This document shows, one piece after another, positions 50,986 to 61,581 of a DNA stretch of 64,000 bases. Source of the stretch: Calcarisporiella thermophila CBS 279.70. Lineage: Eukaryota; Fungi; Calcarisporiellomycota. The notes beneath the pieces are model-generated. The model had not been told where the DNA came from. It saw only the letters and a list, made by a program, of their open reading frames with translations, and ran no database searches. The position numbers and the translations under genes are program-made. The stretch spans positions 1-64,000 of the forward strand of contig NW_027192192.1 in NCBI RefSeq assembly GCF_041956535.1, given 5' to 3'. How positions within the stretch are numbered: the first letter of the stretch is position 1; each line of letters begins with the position of its first letter.

Positions 50986-53900
50986 AAAACAGGGGCGAGG
51001 AATGGGTTTTAACTAGCACTCTTCCTCGGGCGTGTATTTGTTTATAGATTAGATTTGGGCAACAACTCCCAATACAATGGGAGCATGAGGGGGGGAAAAA
51101 CCCTTATTTATTTATCATTATTTCATTAAGTGCATTGGATTTAATACTACCAAATCCGGGGTTGCATAGACCTAACAGGTTTCGTTATTTTCCAGGAGGC
51201 CACGACAGGAGAGGTTTGTGTGAAATGCGTTTTTCTCCAATGGCTCCAATGTGGCGGTCCGGGCTGATCCTTAACAAATTGTGCTATCTCTCAGTTGGAA
51301 GAAACCCGGATGACACTGAGATCAATGCCAATCTCTTCTCTTCCGCAATTTTCCCGCCTCTTCCATCTGTTTCCATGGGCCTAATAGTACTGCGGTAGTA
51401 CTGGATTTCTGATCGCGTAAGAAACCGGAACGGATCAAGGGTGCCCAACTCTCTTGATTATTGCCATCGAAACAACCGCTTAGCTGAGGTGGTCTTCTTA
51501 GGATGCTTGACACCACTGCAGAACCGGTCTTTCATTTCCTCCTACCCTCCGTTTCATTGTTAGTTTGTAAAACAAAAAATAGAAGAGTTTGCCCGGTCGC
51601 TTTTGACGTAATTCTCTACGGTCCCTTGCTTGCAATGCATCCACGGTAGGGCGATAATTGTTCTCGAAAAATTGCACTTGAGCGCCCAACTTATCGAAAA
51701 ATGAAAGTAGGATAAATCCCGGGGAGCATGGCATCATCCCAACTGCGCATTTGTATAAAAATGGAAGTTATTAAATTTGGCCGTCCTGCAGTGGTCGTCG
51801 TCTGAATTTTTCCCAGATTCATCTCCAATTCAAAAAACCCTTCCTCAGCTCTCCATAAGAGCCATGAATTTAACTACTTCACCTTCCCTCTTCAAGACTA
51901 GTCCAGAACTGGTCGTTTTCATTACCTAGGATGTCATGCCGGCCATTACGACACGGTGCATGTGGAGGTGGAGGGGGCGAGATTTTAGGGGAAGAGCCGC
52001 ACCACGAAAAATCAAGTGCAGTGCAAGTGTTTCGGGCTGAACCATTCTTGTCCCATGGCTTTCCATGCTATTCCATGCTCTTCTTTTTCCTTCCATAGAC
52101 CAGTGACGTGAGAATGACAAGATCCAGCATCTAGGAATCTCCATACTGAAAGTTGGGCTTGGAAGGAGTGTGTGTATGTGTTCCAACCGAGCCTCCTACA
52201 CCGGGTGGAGGAACTGGGCAAATCGCGGCGGCCCGTCTTTTTTCACCCTCCCAATATTGCTCAGCGGCCTAGCCTCCTCCCACAGATGAGGCCGGGAGAA
52301 GGTTTGGGAGCGGGAAAAGCGACAATATCGCTCAGTCAGCTTAGTGCTCGGCGGTGTCAGACCTCGCGTCCATCTCGTTCCGTTATGAATTAAGAAACGC
52401 TCCTCAAAAATAGATCACCTCAACCTTGAACAAATGGATGAGTGTAAATTTAGACTCATTTCTCATATCTCTGACCTCTTGTATCCGTCGGGCTATTAGT
52501 CATAGAAGGGGAAAGAAAAACACCAGAGATAGCACATATATAGCCATATAGAAGATTAAAACTGTAGAAGGGGCTAGTAGGTTGGAAGGGGGAGGCTGCG
52601 TTTCTTCTTAGAAATTCCAAGGTTTTGGAGTGCACGTCATGTTTATTGGGCCATAGATCGCTTTCCCGTTGTCTTCTGGCGGGGAGAGAATCTTCAGTGC
52701 CGCCAAGAGATGAAGGAAGTGGACGGTTATGCTGCGCCACCGCTTGTTCTTTTGGAGGAATAGCGAGTGTCGGCAGTACTCGAATATAACTTGATTCGTG
52801 TACTACCCCTGTGTTCTCTAGATCACCCCGTTCCTCTGCCTTCCCTTCCTCCTCCGGTTCTTCTTCACTTGGGCCCTTCTACGGTCTCCCCTCGCCACCC
52901 CTCCTCCCCCCCTTTCTTCTCTCTCTCCCCTGCCTTCGTCCCCCTCCATTGCCCTTAATGAATAACCGCGGAAAAAAATAAGGCCTCCACCCATCCGTGC
53001 ATCCGCTTTGAAGGCTCACGCGTTCCCTTGTGGTTCCCATCCAAGCTGCGGCTCATACGGGCGGAACAGAGTTTTATTATAAACTTTAAGAACTTCCTGT
53101 TTTCTTTGTGCCCAACTCTAATGGGCTGAATTTGACCCGCGTTAAATTGGCATCCCGAAGTCGACCAAAGTTACTTGCCGCTTGAGTTCGGGCGTGTACG
53201 CCCAGCTCGTCGCGACGTGCGACTCACCCATGGGCTACATCCATGGTAAATTCATTTAGGGTTGGAGCTTGAGATAATCCGTGGCCGGGTGTGCTCGAGG
53301 AGCATCGTGGCCCGCTTTGGCAGGCCTCGCGGGACACAAGCCTACTGGCCGGCCAGAATCACGCCGCCCGCCAGAACGCTTTGCCTGGGTCTGAGTGCGA
53401 AGCGACGGCGAGAGAGCCGGATGCGAGGCCTCGCCGGCTCGTTCTTGGCTGGCCGGAGGCCATTCTTGTTGTAGGCTGGTTTCCCGAAAGACACCTTCGT
53501 GTAATGAGATAGACCTGCTTATCGGCAGCTGACCTTGAACCTTAGGGGCCCATTGTTTGCTAACTTTTTCCTCAGATAACAAGGAGCTAACGCCAGCTTT
53601 ACCTCTGTTGAACCTCCTCGCGTTCAGCCAGCTTGCCTAGGCTTCTGAGCCAGCCGAGATGGTGGGCCGCGGGGATGAGGGCGAACCTAAGGCCATCCTA
53701 AGTCTTATGAAGGAGGCGAAACCCACCCGCATCCGACTCCAGACGCATCTGTAATTACGGGGAGCTTGCTGATGGCCCACCCACATTGGCCCGATCTGGT
53801 GGCCTAGAGCCGGTGGCCTTGGTTCAACCAGCCTGTCCGCGAATAAATGAGGCTATGGCGTAAAAGTCTAAAGGGGAGTTTAAGGTTTGCCCAAGTAGCT

Positions 53901-54212
53901 ATGAAATTTTGCTTTTTTTGAATTTTCTTTGAGTCACGCAGCACCTCGGTGTGTTTGCAAGAAAGTTACTTATATCCGGTGTAATATATGAAGGCTGCAG
54001 CCGCCCTCTCCTCCTCGGTGCTGGCCTGGTTTCCGGATTCCTCATCCTGCGAATCGTCTCTTGGCGTTATCGCATCCCTCTTGCGCAAAACAACTGAGAA
54101 TATCCCTTCTCTCGGAGCCTATTGTGTCTTGCCTTATCTCGCGTGCTGCTCCTTGTTTGTTTAGAGATTGCGAGCCCCGTCTTTCCATCTTGGAGAGAAA
54201 GAAAGAAAGAGA

Positions 54213-55148
54213 ATGGCCGATGCAATTCAACTTTCATCGCGGGTGAATCATAGCTGGCCGCGACACAGCGCCAATTTCATCAAGGAACCTACCCATCCGG
54301 GCGGGTATAGTGAGCAATATACAAGTACTCTTTCTTCGGTGGCCAGGGTAAGCGATTGAACATCTATTTGCATGCGGTGTTATATTGGCTCTAAATATGC
54401 TATTTTGAATGGATAGCCTCTACATCGCAGTGAAGATATCCGTCTGGCTCCCTTGAATCCTTTGAATGCATACCAGAGCATTGATTCCTCTAGTCAGACC
54501 CAGTGGGGTTCTGCTCGGCCGCCAACATCCATATCTGAGGTTCAGAGTGGATTGATTGCACCTTCTGGGTTCCAAACCCAAGCTTGTCCACATCCCAATG
54601 CTTCTCTCTCCACACCTCCGCAGCTACAGCAGCCGACTCCTTCCCACCCCAATCCTAAGCACGCGACCTTATTTTACCATCTCTTCCGCTCGAGTCCGAT
54701 TCCCCCGTCGCCAGAACCCAGACAGAACAAAATGTCTATCTTCTCTCTTCTGAACCATCCCCCACGGCCGTCGCGCGACCGTCGTGCTTCCAAAGTCAGT
54801 TCTGCCTCGGCATCCGATTCCAATTCCTCAGCCGCTGCCTCCACTTCCTCCTCTGAACCTGCTCTCACCACCTGTCGCTCTTGTAAACTCTCGCTATTCC
54901 AAGCTCCTGCCAGGCGGAGAGGAGTCAGCGGACTCAAGGATGAGCTTTGTAACCGATGCGGACTAAGGCTCATCAAGTCGCGGCGCTTTTGTCCCGAATT
55001 GGAACGGTGTTACTTTATTCCGAGCAAGAGCGAGTACATTGAATTGATGAGGATTGCGGCATCCAAGGGGGTCGACGGCGTGATGTGCCCGGCTTGCAAT
55101 GCAAAAGAGCTGGCAGTGTATTATCCTTCCGTGCACTTGGCACTGTGA
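54213..55148 (+). CDS. Ash1-like GATA-type zinc-finger transcription factor (intron ~54348-54416)
   Basis: CRSC-x21-CNRCGLR followed by C..C.FIPSKSE..M..G.MCPAC, the Ash1-type second Cys cluster; MSIFSLLN motif. Confidence 0.75.
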
Positions 55149-55657
55149 ACCTAGTAATTTTATTTCTTGTGTATGATATTTGTTTTCTTTTTCTTTATCC
55201 AAATTGGTTTTCCTGGTCCTTTTTTTTTTTCTATTGCTCACGCATTCATATTCCTCCCTCTCTGTGGAGTCTTTACGACATAAGATACCAAAATCCCATC
55301 TGTGTATCCGTAATGCGATCTTGCCGCATATCAAAGTAGAATAGAATCCTGTATTACCCCCCCACCTGGTCTCAATTACCTCTCAATCTGTATGAAACTC
55401 AAACTATATATTCAAAGGCACGCTCTCTGTACACGCGATCATGGCTACTCGGTGGCTCCGAGCTGAGTGATTTGAGTCTGATTAATTTATGTAGTTTCGT
55501 GGGGTATTTGAATGCAATATTTTATAAACTATTTATTTTTTTTTTAAAAAAAAATCAAAACAAAGAAAATAAAACACATCACATCGTTTACGCCTATGTA
55601 AAATGAGAGGTTAACCAGGCGTCAGTTAAATGCTAGTGTAGGGTTATCAAGAGGGGT

Positions 55658-56418
55658 CTAAATTACCTTAATAGCATACTTGCGAAGTGGGAAGTGCTGT
55701 TCCCGCTTCTGCTGGCGCACGGTCTTGAGCGATGACTCGTGCTTTGTGAGGCGGCGGCGGATAGCGCGGGTCTTCTTGGGGCGGAGATCGAGAGGAAGAT
55801 ACTTCTTGCCCTTGTAGAAGAGACGGGTCTGTTCGCGCTGAGTCTGGCTGATGACGGTAAGCACACGAGCAATTGACTTGCGGACAGTGTTACTAGCGAG
55901 GAAAAACAGACCCATGCAAAAGGAAAATGAGCCACTCTATTGCATAGAAACCCAACGATGGAGCGGCGAATGCATTACTTACATCCGGGTGAGCTTGCTA
56001 GCAGCACCGCCAGCCACCTTCTGAACACGCAGGTTCAAGAGCTCCTGCTTCAGCTCCTCGAGTTGCTTCTCGAGCTCAGCCTTATTCTTGGTGCGAAGTT
56101 CGTAGGCCTTAACGGGTGCCTAATGTAATAGGGGAAGGTTAGCGATCAGACAGATCTAATCCATTTGTAGTAGGACAAATTGAATGGAATTGAAAAGAAT
56201 GGGTGATGCGTTCAGAAAGAGAGAAAAAGAGGAGGTCGTGTTGATAAAATGTCACCATTTACAATTCAACGAGGATTGCGATTTGGAATCGACTTCAAAT
56301 TGCAATCTTCATTGTCACGTATATATGATAACTTCTCTCTCGCTAAATCACTTCAAGTAATGCTATGGACTGCATCCTTAGAAAGGCTGCATATGGATGG
56401 AGTTTGGATACATACCAT
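55658..56418 (-). CDS. RPL35: 60S ribosomal protein L35 (uL29); first exon is the ATG only
   Basis: [28 protein letters not shown] and [19 protein letters not shown]. Confidence 0.97.
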
Positions 56419-57005
56419 TTGCTAGACCAAAGACGATGGATGGATGTTTCTCAAAGGGATGGATTGAGAAGAGAGGGGGAATCTTAATCTTACAGAGTGT
56501 CTAGGTTAAAAGTTCACAAAGTTAGATTGACTGCGCCACACTCGAGAGGACAAATTCCGAGTTTGGAGTTAATTTTAAGGGAATGCAATTTTCGCTCAAT
56601 AATTTTCTTAATGATAGAATAGTACCTTTTCTGTGGCAATCCAACTAAGTGAGATATAAAAGCGAATTGGCATAGAAAACTGGGTCTAGCCTTAGATGGT
56701 TCTACTGCTGATTACTTTTGCACATGTTGGGGAAGGTATTAGCAAAATTCTTGGCTAGAAAAATGTTTTGGTTCAGAACAATGGGAATTTATGAAAGAAA
56801 ACCAATGTAACTTCCGAAAAATCCCAAACACTAATTTCGCTCCTTTCCTCACAGTAGAGGCTGAATAAAAAGGAGGTTTTGATGGTCCACAGCTACAAGC
56901 TTAAAATAGGGTTTTAAAGCCATTTACGCACTATGAGAAAATTTCCTCTTGAATCAATTAATTTGTTATCATTCGAAGGACCAACAACGAGAAGATATCT
57001 CCGTA

Positions 57006-60000
57006 ATGCAGTCTTCTAGTATCAATACGATTCGTGCCGATAAACAAGGGGTAGTTCTCGCGGGAATTACAAACGGAAACGTTAGTGTTACTGTTAATGG
57101 CAAGTAAAAATTAAAATCGTCAGGAACAAATGGCAACATTACTGCAGTTGAATAATTTTTGGATTCTTGGAATATTTAGCAAATAGCTCAAGTAACCCTA
57201 CTCTTAGCTCTAGAGTCTTCAAAGTGCCTCCACGAAATACGCGATATGTTAACCGGTTTCAACTAATGAAGCATTTGGAAGATGTAATTGAGATGATGAA
57301 AAAGAATCAAAACTATGAACCTATTGCGTTATGTGGACTTGGAGGAGTAGGAAAATCGCAAGTAGTGCTGGAGTATTGTTACCGTAAAAAAAGTGAGTTT
57401 CGGTATATCTTTTGGTTGGAAGCCGACAAAGAATCGACCTTGCAGAGTGCATTTGTTGACGCTGCGCGGAGGCTCAATTTAGTACCTATTGGTTCGCATA
57501 TCGTTAATCCTGGGGACGTTTTGTCTTATGTGATCGAATGGCTGCAAAATAATGACGGATGGTTAATTGTTTATGATAATGCGGATGATTTTTCTCTTGG
57601 AAACACTTCGAATCCTTACTTTTTGCAGACAAACTATTTCCCACAAAATGGGAATGGAGTCATTTTGATGACGACTCGCCTCCGTAACATCGTGCACCGA
57701 GCAGTGCCCATTGATATGGAAGATTATCCAATGGAGGACGAAGCTGCATTGAAACTGCTTGGAAAAGATGCAAGTGTACCATACGCTCTGGAGCTTATTA
57801 ATGAGCTTGAATATCTGCCTCTCGCTATCGATTTAGCTGGTGCTTCTATGAAAATTGATAACCATCTGTCGCCTGAAAAATATCTCATTAGCTATAGGAG
57901 TTCTGCAGTCAGATGTCTCAGACATTTGGATCTTCAGGAGATAGCAGAGCTAACCGGTTCCGCCTACGGAAAAACTGTACTGACTGTGTGGGTGGACACA
58001 TTTCGCCGGATAAAACAAAGGAGTGCTTTAGCGGCGAGTCTCCTCCGGACAATTGCTTTGCTTTATCCTGACAATATCCCAGAAGATTTATTATATAAAC
58101 TCTCTCTGCTGGATCTTGGCTCCACTATTGAAGATGCTCGTAGAGATATTAACAAGGCCTTAAAACTATTAAAATCATTCGCGCTGTTACGGGAGACTCT
58201 AAGCGAAACTAACAATACGATGTTACATTCCAATCGATTTATGTCTATCCATCGGGTAGTTCAGAAGGTTACAATTTTGAAAATAGGAGAGGGGGAAAAA
58301 AGAGAACGGTACAAATGGGTTATTTTAGCACTGCGTCAAGTCATACCTGAGAGCTATGATGACTCTGACGAGCATTCGAGAAAAGCGTTGGAGATATATG
58401 CATCCCAGATCCGATATATTTGCCAGCAGTATGCACTATGTAAAGAGGAGCAGGAGAAACTCGAGGATTGCTCGAGCATACAGGAGGCGTTCGTATCTAT
58501 ACTCATTCCCACTGTTATATTCTTCGTAGGCAGGACTCTGTTTGAAGATGCCGAGTATCTTGCAAGGTTAGCAACCTCTGCCTCAGGAACATTAAAGGAT
58601 TCAAATTATCTTGCTAGAGCCGAGAGCAGTCTATGCTACCTTTATTGGATGAAAGGAGATTTTGTGTTAGCGGAAAAACATTGCGAAAATTCGTTTGAAA
58701 TTCGAGAAAAATTGTTAGGAATTGGTCATGAGCTTACAAGATCATCTCTGCACTACATGGGTTTCGTTAAGAGAAAACTGAATAAATATGGGACTGGGTT
58801 AAATAAATTATACCTAGCTGCCAGTGCACATTCGAATTTTCAAAAAGTGAAGTACGAATTTGGAAGAATCGATTTTACCCCTCTTCATCGCGCTGTCCGG
58901 TATTATGATACCGAAAATATACGAAATATTGCCAATAAATATAGACATTATGTAGATACAAGCGATGCACAAGGAGCCACTCCTCTACATCAGGCTACAA
59001 AACGGGGTAAAGAAGAAGTTGTGAGGATGTTGATTTCAGAGTTTGGAGCAGATGCAAATACTATAGACAGCAGTGGAAGAAGTCTATTGCATTGGGCTGC
59101 AAAAGGAGGAAACGTTGAAGTTGTTAGGATGTTAGTGAAAGAGTTTGGTGCTGATCCGAAGAGAAGAGACGATCGGGAGTCAACTCCCCTGCACTTGGCT
59201 GCAGAACGAGGAAGAATAGCGGTCGTAAGGGAGCTAGTGGTTGAGTTTGGGGCAGATGTGAATAGTAAAGATATCCATGGTTATACCCCATTGCACAAGG
59301 CTGTTGAAAGAGGAAATGTAGAAGTTGTGACGGCGCTGGTTACCGAATTCGGGGCAAATGTGAATAGTAGAGCGAGTGAGGGAGAAACTCCGTTGCATCG
59401 GGCCGTACAAAGTGAAAAAAACGAAATTGTGATGATGTTGGTGTCCGAGTTCAGAGCAGATATAAGAATTAAAGACAACGAGGGATGGACCCCATTGCAT
59501 TGGGCCGCATTTCGATGCAACAGCAAAGCAGTGAAAGTGTTGGTAGCTGAGTTTGGGGCAGATGTGAATACAATAAATAGTAAGGGGAAAACTCCATTGC
59601 ACTTGGCGGCAGGGTCCGGCAGTAATGAATTAGTTTTGATGCTGCTTACTGAACTTAAAGCGAGTGTGAATATTAAAGATAATGATGGAAATACTTCATT
59701 ACACTTGGCTATAGAGAATGATGCTAAAGATGCTAACAACATAGTGAAGATATTGGTGACTGTGGGTAGAGCTGATTTGAATATTAAAAACAAGGCGGGA
59801 ACAACTCCATTTCATTTGATAGTATCTAGTTGTTATGAAGACTTGAAAGTGTTAGTTACAGAGTTCGGAGCAGATGTGAATGTTATAGACTGCAATGGTA
59901 GAACTCTTTTGCATTGGGCTGCAATGCAGTTTTATAGTGGAGCTGTAGAAATGTTAGTTAAGGAGTTTGGTGCAGATGTGAATATTAGAGATAATAATGG

Positions 60001-61270
60001 AATCACTCCATTGCATTGGGCTGCACGCTACTCAAATATGGAAGTTGTGAGAATGTTGGTGGATAAGCATGGGGCAGATGTGAATATTATAGATAACAAT
60101 GGGAGCATTCCGCTATATTATGCTGCAGATAGTGGTAGAAATGAAGTTGTGAAAATGTTGGTGACTGAATTTGGGGCAAATGTAAAAATCAAGGACAATA
60201 ACGGGTGGACCCCGTTGCATAGGGCTGCAATTCGATGTAGCGGAGAAGTAGTGGGTATGTTGATAGCAGAGTCCGAGACAGGTGTGAATATAATTGATAG
60301 CAAGGGATATTCACCATTGCATTGGGCTACAGTTTACGGAAATGATGAGGTTGTGAGGAGATTGGTGATAGAGTTCAAAGCAGACGTAAATATTCAAGAC
60401 AACAATGGAGCAACCCCATTGCATTGGGCAGCACTTAGGTGTAGTGGCGAAGTCGTGAGGATATTAGTGACTAAGGGCAAAGGAGATGTAAATTGTAAAG
60501 ATATGAAAGGACGAACTCCATTGCATTGGGCTGCAACTTGTGATAAGACTGAGACTATGAGGGTATTAATTAAGGAGTTTGATGTAGACGAGAATAGTGA
60601 GGATAAGAAGGGAAAAACTCCATTGCACTGGGCCGCAAAATATGATAGAATTGAAGCTGTGAGAGTTTTGGTCAAGGAATTTGGTGCAAAAGTGAATATT
60701 AAAGATAAGATTGGGAGAAATCCATTTTATCTGGCTACAAGATGGGGGAAAGAAGATGTTGCGGGGGTGTTGGTGACAGAGTTCGGAGCAGAAGTAAATA
60801 TTAAAGATATCAAAGGCAGGACCCCATTGCATTGGGCAGCGTTGAAATGTGGTGACGATTTCTTAAAAATGTTGGTGATTGAGGGAAGGGTAGATGTTAA
60901 TAGTAAAGACGATGAAGGAGCAACTCCGTTTTTGTGGGCAGTTTTTGGAAATAGAAGCGATGTTATAAGGATGCTTGTGAGAGAGTTTGGAGTAGATGTG
61001 GATAGTAGAGATAGGATGAGAAGAACTCCATTGCACTGGGCTGCAGCATGGGACAAGGCTGAAATTGCGAGGGTGTTGGTAAAGGAGTTTGGCGCAGGCG
61101 TGAATATTGAAGACAATGAAGGGAGAACTCCATTGTTCATTGCCGTAGAGAGGGGAAATAAAAAAGTAGTGGAGGTGTTCGTGACAGAGTTCGGGACAAA
61201 TGTGAATGTGATAACCAACCATGGAGAAATATCGCTTTACGGAGTGCGGAATGAGGATGAAGCTAATTAA
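57006..61270 (+). CDS. NLR: short N-terminal amyloid-like motif, NB-ARC, TPR-like helices, ~23 ankyrin repeats (exon 1 57006-57099; GC-AG intron)
   Basis: GLGGVGKS, WLIVYDNAD, LMTTR, LPLAI and IHRVVQ motifs; TPLHWAA repeats; exon 1 is conserved in the paralog. Confidence 0.92.
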
Positions 61271-61581
61271 ACTTTGGAAGAAAGCACATAGTGATATTGA
61301 GGGCATACTTTATCCTTATTCTAATTAATATCAGAGATTATATTTTGCTTTGAACAAGTTTATAAAAGTTTCAGTGCGACATCAAAAGATTGTAAACATT
61401 TTAATATATTTAATATCTTGGTCTCATTTTTATCAAAGGATGAACAAAGGATTATGATAATGGATTAATATAACCCTAAAATAAAGTTTGTAAGCCATCT
61501 ACTCACCAAAAGGCGAGAGAATTTCTATTTAACTGGCTTTGTTATTCCATGAGATACGTGAAGCGTAAAATTACCACTATA

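Noticed and set aside
42990-55148. Mating-type locus
   Set aside because: No HMG or homeodomain gene and no tptA/rnhA-like flanking genes were seen.
56121-56415. Intronic snoRNA in RPL35
   Set aside because: No convincing C box (RUGAUGA) paired with a D box on the sense strand.
59234-61306. Minus-strand ORFs with repeated AAQCNGV
   Set aside because: Antisense shadows of the ankyrin repeats.
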